From: an uncultured candidate division Zixibacteria bacterium
GTDB taxonomy: Bacteria > Zixibacteria > MSB-5A5 > UBA10806 > 4484-95
Length of the DNA stretch: 64,000 nucleotides
Reading direction: 5' to 3'
Assembly (NCBI GenBank): GCA_963668625.2
Contig: CAXXKA010000005.1
Span: forward strand, 1-64,000
Part shown: piece after piece, positions 21,666-30,679 of the stretch
Numbering within the stretch: position 1 is the stretch's first letter
Layout: every line of letters starts with the position of its first letter
Notes under the pieces: generated by a model
Seen by the model: the letters and a program-made list of their open reading frames with translations, nothing else
Told to the model about the DNA's origin: nothing
Databases searched by the model: none
Translations under genes and position numbers: made by a program

Positions 21666-21707
21666 AACCTTATTAAGGTTGACATATATACTTTGTTTTG
21701 CTAATAT
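21666..21707 (+). promoter_or_regulatory. sigma70 promoter with overlapping palindromic operator upstream of the SDR gene
   Basis: TTGACA-17-TAATAT with extended TG (21679-21707); perfect palindrome AACCTTA-T-TAAGGTT at 21666-21680. Confidence 0.55.
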
Positions 21708-21742
21708 TGGCGTTTTCAGATAATAGGAGGTACTGAAGTAAG

Positions 21743-22492
21743 ATGAAAGAATTAGATGGAAAAGTCGCGCTGGTAACAGGCGGTACGAAAGGTATAGGCA
21801 AACAAATTGCCTTGAAACTTGCTGAACTTGGGGCGGATGTCTGTGTTAATTATCTCAGAAGCCGCAATGCCGCTGATGAGACCATGGCCGAACTGAAAGC
21901 TCTAGGTTCGGATGCTCATGCTGTGCGAGCCAATATTGGCCGTCACGATAAAATGCCGAAAATTTTTGATGAGATAAAAGAGAAATACGGAAAATTAGAC
22001 ATCCTCATTTCAAACGCCGCCCTGGGATTATATTCCTCGGCAATGGAGATCACCGACAAAGCCTGGCATCTATCAATGGATACCAATGCCGAGGCATTTC
22101 TGCACTGTGTTCGCCTCGGTGAAAACATGATGGGACATGGCAGCAAGATCGTCGCGCTCTCCTCACTGGGCACCTCACGCTATATCGATGGCTACGCGGC
22201 CATCGGCGCCTCGAAAGCTGCGATCGAGACCCTGACACGCTATTTCGCCTGGGAAATGGCTTCCCGGCATATTAATGTCAACACGGTCTCCGGTGGTTTT
22301 ATCGATACCGATGCGTTGAAAGTGTTTCCCACATACGATAAGATGGTGGATGAGGTAGTGCGCCGGACGCCATTCGGACGGGTCGGTACTGCCGAAGAGG
22401 TTGCAGATGTAGTCGTGTTCCTCTGCACCGACAAAGCCAAGTGGATAACCGGCCAGGTGCTCGTTGTGGATGGCGGCTATTCGCTGGCGTAG
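21743..22492 (+). CDS. fabL: SDR oxidoreductase, enoyl-ACP reductase FabL-like
   Basis: TGGTKGIG Rossmann motif; 'LISNAA'; YAAIGASK catalytic motif; IDTDALK(V)FP typical of FabL. Confidence 0.7.
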   Translation: MKELDGKVALVTGGTKGIGKQIALKLAELGADVCVNYLRSRNAADETMAELKALGSDAHAVRANIGRHDKMPKIFDEIKEKYGKLDILISNAALGLYSSAMEITDKAWHLSMDTNAEAFLHCVRLGENMMGHGSKIVALSSLGTSRYIDGYAAIGASKAAIETLTRYFAWEMASRHINVNTVSGGFIDTDALKVFPTYDKMVDEVVRRTPFGRVGTAEEVADVVVFLCTDKAKWITGQVLVVDGGYSLA

Positions 22493-22547
22493 AACATTAA
22501 TGCCATTATTGCACAAATCAGATATTTGAGTAACAGTGTAAAGGATA

Positions 22548-22585
22548 AGTTTTCCATCCCCGTTTATAACGGGGATGGGGAAACT
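22548..22585. terminator. Long hairpin downstream of the SDR gene
   Basis: AGTTTTCCATCCCCGTT-TAT-AACGGGGATGGGGAAACT inverted repeat. Confidence 0.6.
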
Positions 22586-22784
22586 CTCGCTGCCAGGTCA
22601 TATAAATCATTTTTGTAATCATTTAATTTGGTTAGTCATGACCCGGGTAGGCGCGGCTTACGCGGTTGGTTGCGTACTTGTTCAATAAGACAATAAGCCA
22701 TACACGATTTCGATTCCATCCTTGACATTCACATATCAACACCGATATACTTCCTTAAGGGAAACCTGACAAAAAGGAGGATAT

Positions 22785-24005
22785 ATGTTTAGATTGAGAT
22801 ATTTGATAACGATAGTTATTACTCTTTTAGCTTTTCAGGCAATCATTTTTGAAAAAATCGACGCGGCATCATCAGTTGAAATTATCGTGCCACGGATAAC
22901 TTCATTTAACGACTCGGGCTGGACTATACTCTACGAAGAGAATTTCGATAGCGATTACGTGGCCGTTGATGGCCAAACTTTCGGTACCGATGACTGGCTT
23001 GTTTACCAGCTTCTAAATGATGGCGCAATTACGGTCGCCAACGGTTATGCCCAGCTTAACGCGCCTGATTTCTGGAACGCGGCCTTAATCAGAAGTGTCG
23101 ATATCATGCCCGAGGAGTACAAGGTCAGAACCAAAATCGGCTATATCAATTACGATTTGACCAACTACGAGCAGGAGGATTACGATGACCCCGATTTCAA
23201 TAACCATCAGGGGCATTACGAGAACGGCATGTATTTCCTGACAGTTACCGATCGTGTCTGTGTGGGAGATGAATGCGCCGAAAACTGGTGGCATTACCAT
23301 CGTAAAATGGTGATCGATGTTGACAACCATATCAACTGGGATGATCCCGGCGAGACATTTCATCCGGTTTACATGGTATATATGGCTCCGGAGGAGAACT
23401 CCGGTGGCAACCTGCTCAGAACCTGGGACGGCGAGCAGTGGGATACCTCCCCCTGGAACTGGAATACAGCTTACACTTATGAATACGATACCTGGTATTA
23501 TGCCGAGTTGGAGATATTAGATGATAGTCTTACTTTAAGGCTATACGATGGTGACCAGAATATCCTCGAGGAGACGACGCCGGTTGATCTTTCGCTGGTT
23601 AATGCTATGGATGATACACTGGAGTATCTATACCTGGGCGAGCCGCACACCGATGATTATGAGGGGGATGTTCGAATCGATGAGATCACGTTGCTTATAC
23701 CCGGCACGGGGCAGGCTATCGATGATGACGCCTCGATGCCTAAAAGATATACAATATCGCAAAACTACCCCAACCCATTTAACGCCTCGACTATTATCAA
23801 ATACGAGTTACCTCAACAGTCACGGGTCACGATCGATATATACGATATACTCGGTAAACTTGTAACAAGGCTTGTTGATGACGATCTGGATGCAGGATAT
23901 CATCAGGCAATATGGCGTGCGGAGGATGTTAATTCCGGGGTGTATTTCTATAAGATTCAAGCCGGGGATAATATCGATACCGGGCGGATGATGCTGGTTA
24001 AATAA
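22785..24005 (+). CDS. Secreted protein of unknown function (beta-sandwich-like) with T9SS CTD
   Basis: AGGAGG RBS, signal peptide and QNYPNPFNAST...RMMLVK tail; upstream TTGACA-18-TATACT at 22722-22751. Confidence 0.85.
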   Translation: MFRLRYLITIVITLLAFQAIIFEKIDAASSVEIIVPRITSFNDSGWTILYEENFDSDYVAVDGQTFGTDDWLVYQLLNDGAITVANGYAQLNAPDFWNAALIRSVDIMPEEYKVRTKIGYINYDLTNYEQEDYDDPDFNNHQGHYENGMYFLTVTDRVCVGDECAENWWHYHRKMVIDVDNHINWDDPGETFHPVYMVYMAPEENSGGNLLRTWDGEQWDTSPWNWNTAYTYEYDTWYYAELEILDDSLTLRLYDGDQNILEETTPVDLSLVNAMDDTLEYLYLGEPHTDDYEGDVRIDEITLLIPGTGQAIDDDASMPKRYTISQNYPNPFNASTIIKYELPQQSRVTIDIYDILGKLVTRLVDDDLDAGYHQAIWRAEDVNSGVYFYKIQAGDNIDTGRMMLVK

Positions 24006-24042
24006 GCGGTAGATGAGTAGAGACTGTCTTAAAAGTATGGTT

Positions 24043-24140
24043 CCTGTGGCTGGCTGGCGTCCTCGTCCACATGCTTTTGTTAGCAGTCGGGACCAGTTGG
24101 GGCACCACCGGGGCAAGCTAGGAGGTACCCCACGTGTCTT
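24043..24140 (+). repeat. Dispersed ~95-bp intergenic repeat, copy A
   Basis: Colinear blocks CCTGTGGCTGGC...GTCCTCGT...GTTAGCAG...CCACCGGGGCA...CGTGTCTT are shared with 35938-36027. Confidence 0.7.
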
Positions 24141-24289
24141 TTTGGACAGCTTCAGGACTTTGCCACCTACGACTAAACGCCGACCTATATAGTTTAATAG
24201 AAATATTCGATTTGAAATGTTATATATGAGTAGTGATTTATTTAAAAGACTCACTGAGCCGGAAGGAATCCTGCTATGTATCATGTCAA

Positions 24290-24560
24290 GTGATATTGTT
24301 CGGTTAGTATTGTTATATCGATTTCTCCTTTTCTTAATAAAACGCAGAATACCCATGTTTAAACTACAACATGCTGCCACTGTTAGACATTGCCGATAAT
24401 AGTCACCCTGCTATTCGTGGTCTGGCCCTCAAACACAGCCACAATTAATCAATCCGAGATTATTACCAGGGGAGATGACACCCTTTCCTGCGCGGTCTGT
24501 TGTTAAGCCACAAGGATTCCTTCGCCATTCTCCAAACTCAGATATTGTAAACTAATTATC
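24290..24560 (-). ncRNA. Candidate bridge/seek RNA region in the IS right end (boundaries approximate)
   Basis: Contains 8-11 nt segments matching the target flank and both element junctions (see findings). Confidence 0.55.
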
Positions 24561-24566
24561 TCTTTT

Positions 24567-25625
24567 TTATGCTGCGGTTTGGATTCGATAGCTCTGATGG
24601 TCAAGCATCAGACGCCGTACGATTAACAGTAGACGGCGGGCACTGGCCACAATGGCTCGTTTGGAACCACACCGCCACTTGAGCTGTTGATAACGCTGAG
24701 CCTGGGCCGGATCCTTCCTGATCAAAATCCAGGAGGCTTCGATCAGATTCGACCGTAACTGCGGTTTGCCGATCCTGGTGATTCGTCCTAGTCGAACCTT
24801 GTCACCGGAGGAATATTGGCTTGGAGTCAAGCCCACGTAGGCGGCCAATTGGCTTCCTCGACTAAATCGGCTGAAGTCCCCTAACTCCAATAATAGTTCC
24901 ATCGCCGTTAACAAGCCGATGCCCGGAACACTACGTAGACGCTCAACCGCTTCCCGATAACGATCCAGTTTTGACAATTCTTTCAATAACCGTGTCTGTT
25001 GAGTAATCAATTCACTCACCAGCCGATACTGTGTCAGTAACCTCTGAAAACTCTCTGTCTGCCAGCGATCACTAAAACGCAACTGCCATAAATGCTGTTC
25101 GAATGTCTCCGTCCACTTGCCGCTAATTGTCGGCAGAGATAGACCGAAACAGGCTAACTCACTCTTGATACGGCATTGAATACGGACCCGGTCGCTGACC
25201 AACTGGCGACGGCGACGCAATACCTGGCGATGACCACGCGCTTCGACATCAGGTACCCATACTGCCTTGAGCATACTACGGGAAAGTAGTAAAGCAAGCT
25301 TGGCACTGTCGAGGCGATCAGTTTTGACCCGATTGCCGTATTCAGAAGGAATCAAACTCGGCGGAGTCACTATACATGACGCTCCCCAGGCTACCAGTTT
25401 GTCATATAACCAGAAACCACTAAAACCGGCTTCGTAAACTACCGAAATGTCACAATCGGAATAACGCCCCAATACTTTTTTCAATACTTCCCAATCAGCT
25501 GCAATACTGCCTTTCCATAACTCTTGCTCAGTTGTTCGCATTGTTACATGCCAACTCCGCTTATGAACGTCAATACCAACGTAAATAGTGTTGGCTTCAC
25601 GCTCGATTTTGTTGTAACATGGCAT
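24567..25625 (-). CDS. IS110 family transposase/recombinase (DEDD RuvC-like plus Tnp domain)
   Basis: VGIDVHK, YEAG, KTDRLDS, SVPGIG and GLTPSQYSSG motifs; ATG 25625 is preceded by CAGGAGG. Confidence 0.95.
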   Translation of the reverse strand: MPCYNKIEREANTIYVGIDVHKRSWHVTMRTTEQELWKGSIAADWEVLKKVLGRYSDCDISVVYEAGFSGFWLYDKLVAWGASCIVTPPSLIPSEYGNRVKTDRLDSAKLALLLSRSMLKAVWVPDVEARGHRQVLRRRRQLVSDRVRIQCRIKSELACFGLSLPTISGKWTETFEQHLWQLRFSDRWQTESFQRLLTQYRLVSELITQQTRLLKELSKLDRYREAVERLRSVPGIGLLTAMELLLELGDFSRFSRGSQLAAYVGLTPSQYSSGDKVRLGRITRIGKPQLRSNLIEASWILIRKDPAQAQRYQQLKWRCGSKRAIVASARRLLLIVRRLMLDHQSYRIQTAA

Positions 25626-25998
25626 TTGAGCCTCCTGTTTGTTCGTGTTGATTGTTGAATGTTTGTCAAAATAACAATACAATCCGAATGACTGAGGCTC
25701 AAGCTTTTGATAACATAGTTACTTTCCTGCCGGCTGTTTTCGCGCAAAATATCGCCGGAAATTGATTCCTAGCGATGCGTAGAGCAGACTTTATCAAAAA
25801 AGCTGTCGGCAGAGATACAGTAATGCTTTTTATTGGATCGTACTGCTAATCCAATCAATTCATTTCGTGATTATTAGCGTTGGTCTGTCACGCCCCTGGT
25901 AGATGTAACCCATGAAATTCGACTACAGCTAATATTAACTGGGGCGTTCATTAACCCCCCCGTGTAGTGGCATAGGGTATTATTTTTAAAAGAGTAAG

Positions 25999-26706
25999 TT
26001 AAGCGGTAGCGCCGAGTTTTATATCGCCCTCTATCGAACCATCCTTGATCTTCACGATACGATTCCATCGCCTGGCAATGCTCATATCGTGAGTGATAGT
26101 CACAACCGAGGTGCCGCGCTCGTTTAGAGACTCGAAAAGGTTGATAATCTCACTACCAGATTTCGAATCAAGGTTACCGGTAGGTTCATCGGCCAGGATT
26201 ATATCAGGTTCGTTGGCCAGGGCCCTGGCAATTGCCACTCGCTGCATTTCGCCACCCGAAAGCTCAGTCGGTTTGTGCCCGGCTCGGTCGGCTAAACCAA
26301 CCAGTCCGAGGTTTTCCATCACTTTTTCTTTACGCAATGTTGATGGTTTGCCGGCAAAAATCAGGGGTAGCTCGACATTCTCGTAAGCGGTGGCGTAGGG
26401 GAGAAGGTTAAAATTCTGGAATATGAATCCGATCTTCTTATTACGTATATGCGAAAGCTGATGAACCCCCAACTGCGCCACGGATTCACCATCAAGATAA
26501 TACTTGCCTCCGGTGGGTTGATCGAGACAGCCCATGATATTCATCAGGGTGGATTTGCCCGAACCGGACGGCCCGATTACCGCAACCAACTCGCCGCGTT
26601 TTATCTCCAGGCTGACTCCGCCAAGCGCGGTTACCGGTATCTTCCCGGTGGTGTAAATTTTCTCTATATTTTGCAGTGAGATCAGTGTTCCGTTTTGATT
26701 CATCAT
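25999..26706 (-). CDS. ABC transporter ATP-binding protein (MacB/LolD-like)
   Basis: GPSGSGKST Walker A, LSGGE signature, [11 protein letters not shown]. Confidence 0.95.
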   Translation of the reverse strand: MMNQNGTLISLQNIEKIYTTGKIPVTALGGVSLEIKRGELVAVIGPSGSGKSTLMNIMGCLDQPTGGKYYLDGESVAQLGVHQLSHIRNKKIGFIFQNFNLLPYATAYENVELPLIFAGKPSTLRKEKVMENLGLVGLADRAGHKPTELSGGEMQRVAIARALANEPDIILADEPTGNLDSKSGSEIINLFESLNERGTSVVTITHDMSIARRWNRIVKIKDGSIEGDIKLGATA

Positions 26707-27956
26707 TCATACCTCAAAGCTTCAACCGGGTTAACGGAGGCGGCTTTACGAGCGGGGAACAAACCCGCCAGAAAACCGATTAACGATAATGTTCCGACAG
26801 TGATGAGAGCAACGGGCCAGTTTACCTCGGGACGATTCAGTAGCTCCATCGCGTCTTCCATGGGGATCATCTGGAATATTTTGCATACGATTACACTAAA
26901 TAGTATTCCTATCATGCCTCCCATAAATGCAATAGCCAACGCCTCAATCATGAACTGGAATATGATATGGCTTTTGCGTGCTCCCAACGCTATTTTCGTA
27001 CCTATTTCACGAGTTCGCTCTCTCACGGCTACGTACATGATATTAGCCACGCCGACACCGGCTATCAGTAATGTCATACCGCCGATAAACCACATGAAAA
27101 TCTTAATACCCATAAACACTTTCTTCTCTACCTCGGCTTGCTCGCCGATATCCCAGAACCAGAGCGTGTGGCTGTCGGTTGGATCGAAACGATACTTGCC
27201 TCCGAACAGGTGGAAAAGCTGTGTCTCAACATCTTTTGAGTCGACACCATCCTTGACATTGTAAACGATATTATCGAGATAAGGATCACCGAACATCATA
27301 ACGAACGTGGTCGCCGGTATAACTATATAGTTGTCATCCGGGCCGTGATAGTTTGAACTCTGCATTTTATCGACCATTACTCCGATGACCGTGAATGGAT
27401 TGTTGTTAAGATATATGACCTCCCCGACAGGATCGACCCCTTCGTCAAAAAGTTCCCTGGCTACTCGAACACCGAGGAATGCTACCCGCTTTTTATCCTG
27501 GTAATCTATCTTGTTGATAAATCGCCCACCCATCTTAGCGTAATGCGATCTTAGCACCTTAAATTCCGGAGAAACGCCACTGACCAACTTATTGATCTGA
27601 TTACGGCCATGTTCAACCGTTACGCCCCAGCGAAGGTATTCACCGGATATCAAATCTATATCCGTAACCATATTCTTCAAGAGATCAACATCCTCAGGCC
27701 TAAAATGAAGGTTTCTACCGGGAGGCAATCCCTCAAAAATCTTTGTGGTCTGTCCTGCCCATAGTATTACGATACCTTTACCGAGACCGGCAGTCGATTT
27801 CATCATCTGGTTTTGCAGCCCGACACTGAACGCCATCAACAGGGTAATAGAAATAGTTCCCCAGGTGATTGCCAGAATCGTTAATCCCATACGAAGTTTC
27901 TGAGCTTTAAATTCTCGTAAAATCAGTTTGAGGAATAGCATTAATTTGTAGAACAT
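26703..27956 (-). CDS. ABC transporter permease, MacB/FtsX family
   Basis: One N-terminal TM, a periplasmic domain, ERTREIG motif and three C-terminal TMs ending PVEALRYE. Confidence 0.93.
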   Translation of the reverse strand: MFYKLMLFLKLILREFKAQKLRMGLTILAITWGTISITLLMAFSVGLQNQMMKSTAGLGKGIVILWAGQTTKIFEGLPPGRNLHFRPEDVDLLKNMVTDIDLISGEYLRWGVTVEHGRNQINKLVSGVSPEFKVLRSHYAKMGGRFINKIDYQDKKRVAFLGVRVARELFDEGVDPVGEVIYLNNNPFTVIGVMVDKMQSSNYHGPDDNYIVIPATTFVMMFGDPYLDNIVYNVKDGVDSKDVETQLFHLFGGKYRFDPTDSHTLWFWDIGEQAEVEKKVFMGIKIFMWFIGGMTLLIAGVGVANIMYVAVRERTREIGTKIALGARKSHIIFQFMIEALAIAFMGGMIGILFSVIVCKIFQMIPMEDAMELLNRPEVNWPVALITVGTLSLIGFLAGLFPARKAASVNPVEALRYE

Positions 27957-27957
27957 A

Positions 27958-29190
27958 TTATAACCTCAATGCCTCGACAGGATTTAACTTAGTCGCTTTT
28001 CGTGCCGGAAAAAATCCCGCTAAAAATCCAATTGAACCTATTACTACTACTGTGACCATTACATGGGTACCCGATATTACCGGATTGCCAATATAATCTC
28101 CAAAATTCATCAATGGAATTAAGCTTTCCAGTAGCTTGGCAAAAAGAAACCCGATAAATCCGCCAATACCGGTCATCAATAAAGATTCCACAATAATCTG
28201 ACTCATAATATGAAAACCGGTCGCTCCTAAAGCCATTTTAATGCCAATTTCCTTAGTGCGCTCTTTTACCACAACATACATGATATTGGCGGTTCCTATA
28301 CCGCCCACAATTAAGGTGAAGAAACCGATGATGCCGAGAAAGATTTTGAAGCCATCGAAAAATGGTTTGAAGCTTCTTACCGTTTCGTTGGTATCCCACA
28401 CAAACAGCGCTTGATCATCATTGGGATCGAATTTGTATTTCTGGCCTAGATAAGCAAATACCTTTTTCTCAATCGATTTCGAATTGTCCGGATTCTCTAC
28501 CTGGTATATCATATTATTCGGGTATTGACGGCTAAATATGGTTTTGAATGTACTCGAGGGAATAAATACATTTCTGACATCACGGCCACGGTAAGATGAG
28601 TTTTGGATTTTGTGTTTTAACACACCAATAATTAAAAACGGCGCGCCTCTTATAATGACATGTTTTCCAACAGGATTTACTCCCTCGCCGAAAAGATCAT
28701 TTCTCACATTAGTGCCCAGGAAACACACACGTTTGCGGTAATCCCAATCGACATCGTTAATGAATCTGCCTCCTCGTTCGGGAATTAGATTTCGTACCAC
28801 GCCGAAGTCAGGATAAATGCCAATGACACTTTGCGATACGGTTTTGCGGCCGTAAGTCAATTTCGTATAACTCGAGTATTCTGGTGATGATCTGATAATA
28901 CCGGGGATATCTGTCTTTAAGTTATCGATATCCTCATCAACGAACCTTATATTGCGCTTTTTCGGTAGTCCCTGGTAAACTATGGAGGTTTCTCCTGCCC
29001 ACATGATAACTAATCCCTCGCCAAGACCCAGGAAAGTTTTCATTTGATGTCTGTACAGTCCCTCGCCGAACGCCAGCAGGGTGATAATCGCGGTCGTTCC
29101 CCAGATAATACCAAACGTAGTCAGGAACGTGCGCAACTTCTGACGGCGTATATCCTGAAAGAACTGTTTGAATATTATAAAGCCTTTCAA
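27958..29190 (-). CDS. ABC transporter permease, MacB/FtsX family
   Basis: Same topology; ERTKEIG motif; ends PVEALRL. Confidence 0.93.
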   Translation of the reverse strand: MKGFIIFKQFFQDIRRQKLRTFLTTFGIIWGTTAIITLLAFGEGLYRHQMKTFLGLGEGLVIMWAGETSIVYQGLPKKRNIRFVDEDIDNLKTDIPGIIRSSPEYSSYTKLTYGRKTVSQSVIGIYPDFGVVRNLIPERGGRFINDVDWDYRKRVCFLGTNVRNDLFGEGVNPVGKHVIIRGAPFLIIGVLKHKIQNSSYRGRDVRNVFIPSSTFKTIFSRQYPNNMIYQVENPDNSKSIEKKVFAYLGQKYKFDPNDDQALFVWDTNETVRSFKPFFDGFKIFLGIIGFFTLIVGGIGTANIMYVVVKERTKEIGIKMALGATGFHIMSQIIVESLLMTGIGGFIGFLFAKLLESLIPLMNFGDYIGNPVISGTHVMVTVVVIGSIGFLAGFFPARKATKLNPVEALRL

Positions 29191-30270
29191 TTACTCGATC
29201 TCCTTTGGCGGACGTTCGATGATCTTATCGCCAAGCGCCAATCCCTCCATGATCTCGATATTCAATCCATCGGAGAGACCAACCTGTATTTGTACGGTAT
29301 CGATTATACCGGCGGAATCCTGACGCTCTACGGTACAGGTGTCGCCTTTAAATGTCAACAGTCTTTCGGGCAAAACGAGTATACTGTCTTTCTGATTTAT
29401 GATAACATCGGCATTGGCAGAGTAACCCGCACGCAGCATGGCGCTGTCGGATTCTTCGACTTCGATCTCGATATCAAAAAGCGTAGTATTGTCCTCCTTG
29501 CGAGCTTTTGGGGAGATTTTAGAAAGCTCACCGCTCAGCTTGGTATCGGGTAGCGCGCCTACTTTTATATTGGCGATCATTCCCTCATAGAGCTTGCCAA
29601 CATCTATCTCATCGACCGTGCCTTTGAATACCAGTTCCTCCAGAGGAGCAAGGGAAAGAAGGGCAGTGCCCGCTTGATATGATGTTAATGGAACTACCGG
29701 ATCACCCTCGTTTACCAATTTCTCGAGTACCGTGCCGTCAATCGGCGACCTGATAATATTCTCGTTATCTTTACCATCGGAGGAGCCTTCCTGTAGTAGT
29801 TCGAATTTCTCCTGTGCCAGTTCCAACCTCAAACGCGATTCCTGAAACTCCGACTCGCTAATTTCATATTCTTCTTTGCTGATTAAATTCTTCTCATACA
29901 TACCCTTCACGCGTTCGAATATAAGATTGGCATTGTCATAATCAATCTGAGCTAACTCTAGATTTCTTTTCGATTCCGTGAATTCGAGCGGGGTAGGATT
30001 AGGCGAAACGGTTATTAATCTATCGCCGGCTTTAACATAATCGCCAACCTCTACATGAAGTGATTTTACTATGCCGGATATTTTTGATTTTACCTGAATT
30101 TCCCGACGCGGTTCGAGTTGACCGACTGCCAGGGCTTTATCGACAATAGTCCCGGTTTCGACCTCCACGAGTTTCAAATCGGCGTTTTCATCGCCGGAGG
30201 GTTTAAGGATGAAGTAACCTGCAGCAGCAACCGCAATCACAACGATAGCAATGATAATTACTTTCTTCAT
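29191..30270 (-). CDS. Periplasmic adaptor (membrane fusion protein, MacA-like)
   Basis: N-terminal anchor; lipoyl half motifs VKSKISG / IRSPIDG; helical hairpin. Confidence 0.92.
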   Translation of the reverse strand: MKKVIIIAIVVIAVAAAGYFILKPSGDENADLKLVEVETGTIVDKALAVGQLEPRREIQVKSKISGIVKSLHVEVGDYVKAGDRLITVSPNPTPLEFTESKRNLELAQIDYDNANLIFERVKGMYEKNLISKEEYEISESEFQESRLRLELAQEKFELLQEGSSDGKDNENIIRSPIDGTVLEKLVNEGDPVVPLTSYQAGTALLSLAPLEELVFKGTVDEIDVGKLYEGMIANIKVGALPDTKLSGELSKISPKARKEDNTTLFDIEIEVEESDSAMLRAGYSANADVIINQKDSILVLPERLLTFKGDTCTVERQDSAGIIDTVQIQVGLSDGLNIEIMEGLALGDKIIERPPKEIE

Positions 30271-30618
30271 TTATCACGCTCCCTTAGATTAATAAAGATC
30301 AACAGTGTACTTAAAATTACGACAAGAGATCGCATTAAGTTTCGCTATTTAATTATGCTATATCTACGAAAAGTTTCTGAGAAAGTTTTAACATTTTTAA
30401 CTTTTATGACAATAGCCCGATGAACTATTGTGTTTCCCACTAATATACCCAGGTTGACGATCTCTGATTTCTAAGGGCTTTCTGGTAATATTCTTATTCT
30501 CTCTGAATTTATCATTGCCGTATAATTCCTGAAATGATATTCGGTTAAATACGAAAAATATGTCAAATACTCTGCAATCGTGTATGGGCCTTGGCTCGAA
30601 TTATTATTCGGATGACAT

Positions 30619-30646
30619 AAAAAAAGCCGCCCGATTGAAGGCGGCT
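30619..30646 (-). terminator. Rho-independent terminator of the C25 gene
   Basis: Minus strand AGCCGCC-TTCAATC-GGGCGGCT followed by T7. Confidence 0.8.
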
Positions 30647-30679
30647 ATAATTGTCAAAGACAAGTACTGTAACTCGATA

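Larger units (their letters stand above)
24270..25730 (-). mobile_element. IS110-family insertion sequence, IS1111-type (short left end, long right end)
   Basis: Duplicated junction CCTGC at 24270-24274 and 25726-25730; sub-terminal inverted repeats CTATGTATCA (24274-24283) and TGATAACATAG (25708-25718); a single transposase gene. Confidence 0.88.

Noticed and set aside
23820-24380. 186-aa minus-strand ORF
   Set aside because: It crosses the IS boundary, a repeat and the end of an opposite-strand gene, so it is likely spurious.
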